Assembly: GCA_023247415.1 (NCBI GenBank)
Contig: JAHFGN010000001.1
Location: 10,062-74,061 of the forward strand
Direction of reading: 5' to 3'
DNA: 64,000 bases
DNA from: Candidatus Omnitrophota bacterium
Lineage (GTDB): Bacteria > Omnitrophota > Gorgyraeia > 2-01-FULL-45-10 > JAHFGN01
How positions within the stretch are numbered: position 1 is the stretch's first letter; each line of letters begins with the position of its first letter. The position numbers and the translations under genes were made by a program. The notes under the pieces were generated by a model. It did not search any database and was not told the DNA's origin. It worked only from the letters and a program-made list of their open reading frames with translations. Below, in pieces: positions 35,201 to 44,000 of this stretch.

Positions 35201-38104
35201 TATGGTTCACCGAATATTACGACTATGCAGGCTATTGAAGGAAGCGCGGGCATCTATTTCAAGAATCAGAAGGTGGCTGACCTGCGCCGGGATTCATTTA
35301 CGCGGCTTGTAAGAGGAGAGGCGCTTGACACTACAGGAAGGAACGAGATCGCCCAGCATCTTCCGCGAGAGCTGTTTAAATTGGTAAACCTCAATAAAGG
35401 TCCGGACCCTGATTTTGGATCGGATTCAGGGTATGCGACCAAGGCCATCTACTCCGGTAAAGAGTCGCGTTTCCCGCAAGATGAGCCGATGGTAGTCGTC
35501 ATGAATCTGGGCAAGGTGCAGGTCGCTGTATACCAATCGCAGGCCGGCGCTGAGGCTGTGGGCGGAATCCTCGGGGTGGGCGTTAAAGAACAGAGCGTTG
35601 ATGGTCTGGGAGGCGACCGGCAGGACTTGCGTCCCGTTACATGGGAAGAGGCCGCTTCTCAAACGTTGGATTCGCTAAAGGGGCGAAAGATCGCGCCCAC
35701 CACATTCACCGCGAGCCAGATGAACCGCGGAAGATTCGGCGAGGTGATCGATCCTGTTAAGGAGAGCCCGGAGTTTCGCGTAAGAAATCTCGCCAGGAAG
35801 GTGAAGGGCGAAATAGATTTTGAGGAAGTTTACAGGGCGCACTGGCCGATCCAGCCGGGCACCAATGCCGTCACAGCGGAGGATATATCGGCAAAGGCGT
35901 GGAATGAACTGAAGGAACAGGGCAGCGCCGAAGAAGATGTTGTTTCAATCATTTACGGCAAGCTCAAGAAAGAAAAGCGCGTCAAGATGATAAGGCGCTG
36001 GAAAGACGCCAGCGAGAACCGCGAGGAATTCACCATGAGCGTGTTCAAGGCCGATATAGGCAGTTCCCTTGGCCATACGATCCCGCCAAAGCTCCTCATG
36101 ACCCTGATAAGGGCGTATCTGGAATACGCGAAGGCCAAGGGCTGGATACAGGATTACCTTGTTCAAAAAGAGCTTCCCATGTTCAGGGTTGGAGACGATA
36201 TAGAGATAGTCATATCGCACAAGAAAGGCATTGAGGACAGCGATATACACAGGCTCGCGGTCCGCGCCTTCTACTTCGCGCTCTACTTCGCCGATGCCGC
36301 GAAACGCGACGAATATTACGGGTTTGGGCAGGACCTGCCGCTCGATGTCGACTACTTCCTGGCCTTTGCCAAGATCTATACGGGCGAGGATCAGCAGAAT
36401 ACGGAAAGTTTCGTAGTAGATAAAAGCATAACATCTTTAATGGAAGACTATGTCAAACCCAGAGTGGAAGCATTGTCGCGGGAAGACAGGTATACTATCA
36501 CACAAGCTGAAATCAGCGCCGTATATAACCATTTCAATAACGCATATATGGAATTAAAAACAGACGTATATCAGTCCAAGAAAGAGACTAAGATCGCGGC
36601 TGGGGCAACCGGCAACGTCAGCGGTTCCGGTATAGGTTTCGCTGAGCTAAGCCGCGCTAAGCTCGCGCCGGGCAGGTCCTACACATTCTTCGCGTTCGAC
36701 AAGGCCAGCCCAGGCGCATTCTCCTTACCTTATTATGAGGCTGCCTTGGTCGCTTTGAGGGCCGGAGATTATGATAACCTCAGCTTTGAGGTGGAAGTTG
36801 TGAAGCCGCTTGATAAGCATGAAATTGGGCAGAAGATTATGCTCATAGATGTCGCGGAACAGCCGGAGCTTCTAAAAAATGTCCTTTCTTCAGTGAACGA
36901 CTTCCAGATAAAGGCTGTATGGACAAAGGACCGGGATGGTTCATTCAGGATGGTAGCCGCGAATTCCACGGAACGGCTATATCAGTCTGAGAAGGCTCAT
37001 GGCGCGTATCTTGGCAAGGACGACCCAGCCGCCATGATGGAACAGGCATTCGCGAACCGCGTCATCGAATGGATGGCCGCGAATCCTTATATAATTCAGG
37101 GTGACGAGCGTGGATCTCATATGGCGTTTGTCCTGCTCACATCAGCAACACAGTCCTCCCCCGGCACATTCAGCATACCTGTGGCTGTGGCTGTCTCCTT
37201 TACGCTGGGGCTGAACGGGGAGCTTAGAGATATAATAGACGTATTCGGAGCCCCCAAGTTTGAATTGCCCATGGCTAAAGCTGTGGCGGCCAATGAGCTT
37301 TATATCGAAAGGCATGGTAATAACGCGAATCGCGGCGAGATAGGGCTAATCGAAGAGTCATATCCCGGCCGCAGGCTGCACAGGAAGATACTCAAAGACG
37401 CTAACCCCGCTCTTTCTATAGGCGAGATCATGGCCGAACGCGGCCGTCAGGCAGCGAGCGGCGGGGCCAACGAAGCCGTCGCCGGCGGCTGGCTGTATGA
37501 TAAGGTTACTGTTCCTGATGCTGAAAATTTAGGTGATACCCTGCGCGTTATCAAGGCCTCCAGCGTGTTGAATAAGGAAACGGACAATCGCGTGCTGATC
37601 CTGGCCCTGCCCAATGAGGTGGTGCCAAGCGATATGGCGGTGAAGTTTGGACAATTGGCGGATCGCTATCTTGGAACAGGCGCGGTCCAGATTATCCGCG
37701 CGAACCAGGATTCGCTCTACGGAAAAGCCGTCTCAATAGCGGGACAGGTAAAGCAAGCCGGGAAAGAGGCCATAGTCGTATCTATGGTAAGCGCCGGAGC
37801 CGGCGAAAGCGTTGTCAATGACCTGGCGAGGTTAGGCAAGGTCATGAAGATAGCGGATGGAAGCTTTGTCTCTCCGGGCTTCGTGGACCTGGCCCTTCGA
37901 ATAGCGTATGGCACGCAGGGAGAGGTCCTCGCTTGCCTGAACAGGATAGCGACTCATGAGAAGGGGTTGGCGTTCAGCGAAGAGGATATCGCGCGTGTCT
38001 TCAAGGGCCTTGTGATCATACTGCCGAGAGCAGGTTCAGTTGACCTCAAGACAGCCCGGGAAGCCTACACCGCGGCGAAAAAGTACATCGATACATCGCT
38101 GTAA
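32216..38104 (+). CDS. Giant-family protein (about 1962 aa): signal peptide, TLAP N-domain, glucosamine-6-phosphate deaminase (NagB)-like domain, family C-module
   Basis: ATG 32216 is preceded by AAGGAG. The leader is 'MVSGRRLFLKVIALALVPTFISSSITFAQP...STLAPASR'. 'LGLATGGT...VVTFNLDEYKGL...ILGIGSDGHYAFHEP' matches NagB catalytic motifs. The ORF-track start at 32039 lies in a palindromic repeat upstream of the promoter. Confidence 0.75.
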   Translation: MVSGRRLFLKVIALALVPTFISSSITFAQPIPDNRSTLAPASRTDAVDDSNRGRGDVLTNTVAKNFTDQWFEAYGSKIARKLFLALSRPATPEVAEAVVKHNTIGMDGKTQLRFINAVKARIAPTTTGLRMAGSGTSRTATNGETVTPPGNIKLLVARNKEAMAREMAERIVVKVREANRAGQRMTLGLATGGTMERVYELVVEITKNERLDWSGVVTFNLDEYKGLLSTHKQSYRAFMDKHLFTPLVQFGLKIEDTHVFDGTASVPDDELRKFLGMIKRHGGVDLQILGIGSDGHYAFHEPAVVVDDAMASAIYNGELSPEQTEKVGGFNEFIITGKDLAAKSNAIQRVIHAKSVWLTALESNESILAKVKEAWTKEKREVNEADIRGQLRQLGKKLLLGQTLHFYIDGLDKEAKKNLLSHISSDELYRMSYVGRVELHDAKEFFDSKAKVVDLALSTIIDNSRYFPSLLDVPTQAYTLTGVVREAKEILLAASGENKAEAIAGALGKTISQEVTSSILQTHPNTTFIIAEDALTKVPSEVVTKADKNRVFASAARSALSGYTREDAKREVPVAFAEHRAFCIGEPIVENELGMYIPSFNKWTESDVKAFEETLKDLPNLEGIGIDGDGKAALTIKKEKFISDSQVLTGLIKFLFDWAQKREEREKSEAVSNNEVLAAFKDLVNSIALIRTSIGSMAKPEIEEDSAAKRYVLVLDDTQAPATVDQLKKEARLTAMFTGIEPPIHYEYGRGTPWVGFTGSHAGAASIYTSVARTKQYVKLIEEAVRDGHSQYAELLKMAFIQSLSGNMEAKNKIVETIIVAEHENDNKKALEKIKAEDKDRFTETFVSVDLSRALGQLAQIPEAIAKSAENYLLTAIDKGEINDFVVKRFGELLIFDVTHNNPIYDIHLRAQEIIAASIREAFAEVIRLGYYKIEQEKIDFTKASLQELAKALDWNTDEIRYTKGQSNKRKSQPTMRQFIFGADERAFNSILFNLYGSPNITTMQAIEGSAGIYFKNQKVADLRRDSFTRLVRGEALDTTGRNEIAQHLPRELFKLVNLNKGPDPDFGSDSGYATKAIYSGKESRFPQDEPMVVVMNLGKVQVAVYQSQAGAEAVGGILGVGVKEQSVDGLGGDRQDLRPVTWEEAASQTLDSLKGRKIAPTTFTASQMNRGRFGEVIDPVKESPEFRVRNLARKVKGEIDFEEVYRAHWPIQPGTNAVTAEDISAKAWNELKEQGSAEEDVVSIIYGKLKKEKRVKMIRRWKDASENREEFTMSVFKADIGSSLGHTIPPKLLMTLIRAYLEYAKAKGWIQDYLVQKELPMFRVGDDIEIVISHKKGIEDSDIHRLAVRAFYFALYFADAAKRDEYYGFGQDLPLDVDYFLAFAKIYTGEDQQNTESFVVDKSITSLMEDYVKPRVEALSREDRYTITQAEISAVYNHFNNAYMELKTDVYQSKKETKIAAGATGNVSGSGIGFAELSRAKLAPGRSYTFFAFDKASPGAFSLPYYEAALVALRAGDYDNLSFEVEVVKPLDKHEIGQKIMLIDVAEQPELLKNVLSSVNDFQIKAVWTKDRDGSFRMVAANSTERLYQSEKAHGAYLGKDDPAAMMEQAFANRVIEWMAANPYIIQGDERGSHMAFVLLTSATQSSPGTFSIPVAVAVSFTLGLNGELRDIIDVFGAPKFELPMAKAVAANELYIERHGNNANRGEIGLIEESYPGRRLHRKILKDANPALSIGEIMAERGRQAASGGANEAVAGGWLYDKVTVPDAENLGDTLRVIKASSVLNKETDNRVLILALPNEVVPSDMAVKFGQLADRYLGTGAVQIIRANQDSLYGKAVSIAGQVKQAGKEAIVVSMVSAGAGESVVNDLARLGKVMKIADGSFVSPGFVDLALRIAYGTQGEVLACLNRIATHEKGLAFSEEDIARVFKGLVIILPRAGSVDLKTAREAYTAAKKYIDTSL

Positions 38105-38159
38105 CGCAAGAGCGAAAAGCGTAGAGCGAAAAGCGTAAAGTTAAAACTTAAAGTTCAAA

Positions 38160-40931
38160 ATGAAAATACAACATCCAAAACATATGCAAAAGACGATATC
38201 GATATTGTTGATACTGACATTCCTTCCCTATAATCTAGCATTTGCGCTCGCGCCGTCTTATGTCTCCAGGCCTTTCGGCAAAGAGGACCCGCGGAGCGCC
38301 AAGCAGGCCGAGATATTAGCGACGGCAAAGAAGGCTCTGGCAGTCAAGATGGAGCGGCGTTTGTACGAGCTGCAGAAAAAGACCGCGCCTCAAGATTATC
38401 TGCCCGCGGGACTTCGTCTGGCCGCAAGCGGCGGCTCGAATGGCGGGAATGTCGCAGGGCCGTTTACGCTGAAGGAAGCGAAAGAAGCAATCAATGTCAT
38501 AAATGTTGTTAAGAGTAGGACTGCAGCCGCGCCCCGCGGCTCGAAGGCAGGCGGCGCTCCAGGTTCTGCTAAGGCTGGCGTTTCGCCTGAAGAGGCATTG
38601 AAGGCGATGGCAGATGAGTATCTGGACCGATTTAGGCAATATATGTTAACTCTCCACCCCGTCACTCGTAACATACTTATAAAAAAGAGAACGGCGATGA
38701 TAAGACAGGCCTTGAAATGCGCAAACGATGATCCAAGGGATGCGCTTACACTACTGCAAAATAGTTTGAGCGAATGTGAAATGTGGGAAAAGCTGCGAGA
38801 GGTTTCGCTGATGCAAACAGAAAGAAAAGAAGTAGAGGCCTCTATCCGGGAGATGGCAGCGCAGAATGAGGCAGCTGGAGACCAGACCGCAGTTACAATC
38901 CTCGGCGAAGACGGCAAGGCCATAACTGGTCAGAACAGGCAGGCCCAGGCCGGCCGCGACGCGAGGGGCGGCGGAACGCCTGAAGCGGCGACTGGGTCTA
39001 ATATCGTGCTCCTACAATACCCGTCCAAGCCGACACTGGATGCATATTTTGATGCCCGTTCTGGAGGCGATGGAGAAACATTGAAAAAGGCGAGGGACAA
39101 GGCGGCAAAACAGGCAGTTGCCGCAACATCTAAATTGGATCCAACAGGCAGGCAAGCTCTGTCATTAGTATTGAATCTTATGGAGCAGAGAGGGTGGGAC
39201 GTCAATCAGGACCGCCGTGAATTCGAAGCGCTAAGCAGTAGAATTGACTATTGGACCAATAAGTTTTCGCCTAAGTCTCAACAAGCAAAAAAGATTGTCC
39301 CCGCTAATAGAAGAGAGCTGATAAAAGCAGCCAAAGATAGCGGGTTTCCTGATAATATCAGGCAGGATTTTGAGCGCAAGCAGCGTGGTATACAGCTTCT
39401 ACAGGTGAGGCAATTGAGGGATGGTGAGGTCGTGTTGATATATTCTACCGGATATCCAGTGATGGAGAATATGGCAAGTGGTAGTTTCACGACTATTTGC
39501 TACACACTGCTTCATTCAGATGGAAAATATCATATGCTTCCGGTCAGCTATCACAATACCAGCAAAGGGCTGGAGGCATCCATAGACTTAGATGATGTGG
39601 TGGAGGGTATTAAATATCGCGATCTCATAATAAGGAGCAGGTTGTTGGCCGGCACAGAAGAGCCGTTATTATGGAAAGCGCTTGGGAGTGCGGCCGATAT
39701 AGTTGATATGGCTGTCAGACAAAATGTTCAATTAGGTGAATCGCCATCCCCTGAAATAGTCCGCGGCTCAAAGGCCGGCATTGCCGCGCTGCCTGCCGCG
39801 CCGGTCGTCTCGCCGGCAGGGAGATTCGCGGATGGATACAAGACCTGGGGGGAGGTGCCGGGGATAAATGTATTTACCTTCTATCCGCGGGAAGGGGAGA
39901 GAGTTTATGTCATGTTCTTGAGCGACGCTGAAAGGAATGACCCTACTCTCCCCTCGCATGGCAGAGCGGATTTCAGTAACGGCCAGTTCGCGGCATATGT
40001 GATGCAAAAAGACATCGTGCATTCGGCTCAAAGAGTACCGATGCCTGAGGTTTGCAATAAAGTTATCGCGTTCCTAAAAAATGCGACAACAGGAAGCAAA
40101 GACTTATATGCGCGCAGGACAGTAGAACATGAATATGTAATAGGTTCAACGAAAATTGGGGAGATCGCGGCCATCTTCGCTGAAAAAGGAAAGATAACCG
40201 TAACCTTCGGCGATAGACAGGAGGAATTCTCCGACACTGCCGCCGCAGCCCAGGTTCGCGAGGCCAATAGCGGAATCGCGGAGCGCAATATCGCTGTGGA
40301 TTGGAGAAGCTATCACGAAGCCCGGGCGGCTGAATTCAGATCCGGGCTTATTCGCACGTTGACTGAACATCCTGATAAAGAATTTGTCCTGGCTGTTGAT
40401 ACTGACATCGGAGGCGCGCATAAGGCTCAAATCATGCCGATATGGAATGCGTTCGATGATATCAGAAAGCTCGCCTACAAAGACGGCAAGCCGCTATTTC
40501 CGAATCTGTCAATAATAAGGGGGGCCGGCCTCACCCTCGCGTCGAAGATAGCTAGAGCCAGAAACGAGAAGAGTGTTGACTTAGGCAGTATCTTCGTCGT
40601 CGCCAAAAAGGCCAATGTTGACAATAGGGCCTTTGAGCCGCTTACAGGGGCGTGGATAGCCGCGATAGACGATTCAGCGGCCGGCGAAGGCGTCTACATG
40701 CCTGTATTTGAGGCCGCGACAATCACGATGATGGCCGCGCTGAATGTCGATTCGGCCGCCATCAAGACGTTCTGCGACTCTATAACCGACAAGCCGATAG
40801 ACCCTAAAGCCATAGACGAATTTAAACGCGGCAGGATCCTGTATCTGATGCCGAGGGCAGCGAGATTCGACACAGAAAAAGCCCTCCGCGACGTCTACGA
40901 ACTCGCGAGGATTACGTATACAGCGGCGTAA
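38160..40931 (+). CDS. Giant-family protein (923 aa) with family leader and C-module but no recognisable enzyme domain
   Basis: The leader is 'MQKTISILLILTFLPYNLAFALAPSYVSRP'. The C-terminus 'RILYLMPRAARFDTEKALRDVYELARITYTAA' matches the family C-module signature. Confidence 0.65.
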   Translation: MKIQHPKHMQKTISILLILTFLPYNLAFALAPSYVSRPFGKEDPRSAKQAEILATAKKALAVKMERRLYELQKKTAPQDYLPAGLRLAASGGSNGGNVAGPFTLKEAKEAINVINVVKSRTAAAPRGSKAGGAPGSAKAGVSPEEALKAMADEYLDRFRQYMLTLHPVTRNILIKKRTAMIRQALKCANDDPRDALTLLQNSLSECEMWEKLREVSLMQTERKEVEASIREMAAQNEAAGDQTAVTILGEDGKAITGQNRQAQAGRDARGGGTPEAATGSNIVLLQYPSKPTLDAYFDARSGGDGETLKKARDKAAKQAVAATSKLDPTGRQALSLVLNLMEQRGWDVNQDRREFEALSSRIDYWTNKFSPKSQQAKKIVPANRRELIKAAKDSGFPDNIRQDFERKQRGIQLLQVRQLRDGEVVLIYSTGYPVMENMASGSFTTICYTLLHSDGKYHMLPVSYHNTSKGLEASIDLDDVVEGIKYRDLIIRSRLLAGTEEPLLWKALGSAADIVDMAVRQNVQLGESPSPEIVRGSKAGIAALPAAPVVSPAGRFADGYKTWGEVPGINVFTFYPREGERVYVMFLSDAERNDPTLPSHGRADFSNGQFAAYVMQKDIVHSAQRVPMPEVCNKVIAFLKNATTGSKDLYARRTVEHEYVIGSTKIGEIAAIFAEKGKITVTFGDRQEEFSDTAAAAQVREANSGIAERNIAVDWRSYHEARAAEFRSGLIRTLTEHPDKEFVLAVDTDIGGAHKAQIMPIWNAFDDIRKLAYKDGKPLFPNLSIIRGAGLTLASKIARARNEKSVDLGSIFVVAKKANVDNRAFEPLTGAWIAAIDDSAAGEGVYMPVFEAATITMMAALNVDSAAIKTFCDSITDKPIDPKAIDEFKRGRILYLMPRAARFDTEKALRDVYELARITYTAA

Positions 40932-40947
40932 AAAAAGTTTAAAAATA

Positions 40948-41022
40948 TCCCCTCACCCTACCCTCTCCCCATGACCGTAGGGCAGACTTAAGTCTGCCCT
41001 ACGGCTCCCTGGGAGAGGGTAG
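40948..41022. repeat. PAL-family copy 3
   Basis: 'cccctcaccctaccctctccccatgaccgtagggcagacttaagtctgccctacggctccctgggagagggtag'. Confidence 0.7.
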
Positions 41023-41037
41023 AAGAAGGATGGAATC

Positions 41038-44000
41038 ATGCGTTCGCATTTCACGCTCAAAATCATCTCGCTCGTATTAATCCCCACTTTCCTCTTCTCA
41101 AACCTGACATTCGCGCAAGGCCCGGACCAGGAGAATAAAAATACCCGGACATTAGCGCCCCATTCCATATTCAAGCTTCGCGACAGCGGCAAGAATGGAA
41201 ACGCGAATCTCGACGAACGCGCGGAGCGTGTCTGGGCCGATATGCGGAAGACAACTGCCAGAAGCCTCGCCGGAAAAATGGCAAGACGCCTCGCCGAGAT
41301 GCGGGAGCGCGGGATCAGCGTCACAGCCCAGGCCGGCCAGGAGATATTAGCCAACCAGATTAATGTTTTGTCCAGAAGGAACGGCGTATTGCCGGACGCA
41401 AAACTGATCAGGGCGGTAGGGGAGCGCCTCGCTGCGAGCGGAACCGAAACAGCAGAGAGGGCTGGATTTATCGCGCAGCGCGTGGCTGTCGTAGGGGATT
41501 CCGAGCGGACGCGCCTTGTGATCCCGGAATTGGTGAAGAACGGGATAGTTGTCGCGGCGTGGGCCGCAGATACGCCGCCGTCTAAGAGGTTGAATTTTAT
41601 GGCGAGGAGCGCGACACACGATGTATACGGCCCAAAATATATCACCATCATCGGCGATATGGCAAGGGAGAATATCGTCTTGAAGATAGGCCAGCAAAGC
41701 ACGCATATACGTCCGCTTGTCTTTAGACCGGGCAGGGGGACTAAATCTTCCAATAAGTTGATAGAAGTCCTGGCTGGCATGCAGGTGGATACAGTAGTTT
41801 TAGACAGCCCGGGATTAGTTGACGAGGAAGAACTTGTTAAGAGGGGAATCCACGTTGTAGTGATGGACAAAGAGGCGGAGCCGGACAGCAAGGTTGTGCC
41901 AATCGCCGCTATCGCGAATCAGGCGGCGTTTCATATTGGTCAAGCCTTCCGGGAATTGGCCCAGAAGCAGAAGAAAGTCGCCGAGGTTCAATTTGCCCAA
42001 TTAAAGGTGATAGAGCCCAATGGCTCATCTTTCCCGGCCACCCACAGCAATCGAAGCGCGGCTGAACCCAATGTGACGCAGACCAAAGATTATCAGAAAG
42101 AGCTGCGTGAAGGATTGGGCATCTCTGGCGAAGACGGCGCCCGCGTTCTGGAGACTATCCGATTTGGCTACCCCATCCCCGAGGGGCTCATCATAAACGC
42201 CACAATAGCGATGAATCGCGATGTCGATGCCAACGAAGTGCGGGCCCATCTCATCGATTTGGCTAAACGCGACGGCTTTTTTAAAATTCTGGAGGATGAT
42301 CCCCTGACCAATACGAGGCGTGTGGTGGCTGATTCAGGCGTCCAGCTTTACAGCGAGCCGCTTGTTCAGACGACTGACGACGGACGAAGCCTGATCCAGG
42401 TGAGCTTTATCGCGGATCCTCTTACCACACAGGTCGAGCAATTAGTTCAGATACTGCAGGGCAAAAACCGCCCGCGTATTTCAGACGCTATTATACAATA
42501 CGAGGAGATACGCGCGGAGATAGAGACGCCGCCTCAAGAAGCTCAACTCGCGGATGCCCTCAAGACAGACCTGGCTAATAATGAGGTAGCGAAACTCGCG
42601 GAGAGGTTCAAAAGAAGATGGGGTGTCACAGAGACCAAGAGGCTGCTTCGCAAAAAGGAGATTGAACCGGAAGATGCTGCCTTCATCCTCTTTGGCAGGA
42701 AAAAGGAGGATTTTACCTCATTCGAATTTTTAGAAGACGCCGCTCATAACCGCATCGGGCTTATGGCCATTTCAGGGAGCGGAGATATCTGGGCCACAAC
42801 GCTCCTTACCCCTGTTGAGCCCGAACAGGTCGCGCCTCTGCAGAAGAATTATTATGACGCCCTCCGTCAGCATGCCATGCGGAAAATATATAGCCGGGTG
42901 CGCGATGTCTATCATCCGGCAGAACGGCTGTCCTGCGTATGGCAGATCGAGTCAGAAAATAGATTCATTCTACGAGAGGTTCTGCAGGTTCAGCCAGATG
43001 GCGCGGATAAGGTCTTATCGCGTCCAATGACGGCATTTAACCCGTTTGCGGCCGACGAGTTAGGCGTCTTCGTGAATGGCGCAGGCGGCCGCATTGGAAG
43101 CGAGGTAGCGCGCATCATAGCCGGAGATGAGATAGATCCGAAGGAAGGCCTTGCGCCGCGGCTCTCCGGGAAACTTGTCCTCATAGGCCTTGGGGTATCT
43201 GATTTTGAAGAAGAGAATGGAAGAGTGTGGGGCGGTGAAGGGTTTGTCAGGCTTATACGACAGGGGGAAGACCTTTCGAGCGGGCCTTTTAGCGGCAAGG
43301 TCAGGCATGGCCATGAAGATGGCAGGGGAGAGGATTGGGTTGAACTGACAGATAAGAGAGGAAAGACAGTCAGGGTCCCTGTATTCAGCGATCTGATATT
43401 CAGAAACCCTGAGAATTATCCGCTCGTCTCATTCCTGTTCGCAGGCGTGCCCATAGCGGCTCTAGATGGGACAGGACTGAAGGAACTTACTGAGCGTTCA
43501 GGTTTAAGCAAGTATTTGTGGGCAGGGGCTGACCGCGTAACACTTCCAAACCCGGGGGCCTCCCAAGAGGACCATTGGAAGACCCATACCTTTATATACG
43601 GCGTCAATGACAAGGAATTTCATGCGACGAAGAAGATGACCTCAACAGCCTCCTGCACTACAGCCGCGGCAGCGACTCTGGCCAAGAAGATCCTGCGCGT
43701 GGCAGCCTGCGTCCTTGCCGGCGCGGAGCTTCCAGACCACCTGAAGGATGAATATATGAATCAGGCAGCAGGCATACTGCTGACAGGCCATCCATACACA
43801 CGCGATGAAGTGCTTGGCGATGAGGGCAATTACGATATGAGTGCGAAGAATCAATCTAGACAGGTCGCAAAAGGCGCCGCATACGGCGGTCCCACTGGCG
43901 CGGCGAAGACAGCGTCTCTGGTGCTTCCGGAGGTGAAGGCAACGGGCGAGGCGATTCGGGGGCCATGGCTTACCGGCTCTGTGTTAAGCTATGTGATGGA

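Noticed and set aside
38107-38140. Short direct repeat 'agagcgaaaagcgta' x2 upstream of the 38160 gene; also 'atcgataaa' x2 at 63098-63120
   Set aside because: They are too short and few to be CRISPR or a meaningful tandem repeat, and are probably incidental.
40953-41891. 312-aa minus-strand ORF overlapping the start of the GAPDH-PGK-TIM giant gene
   Set aside because: It is antisense to a gene with a conserved leader and domains. It is Ser/Ala/Leu-rich and low-complexity.
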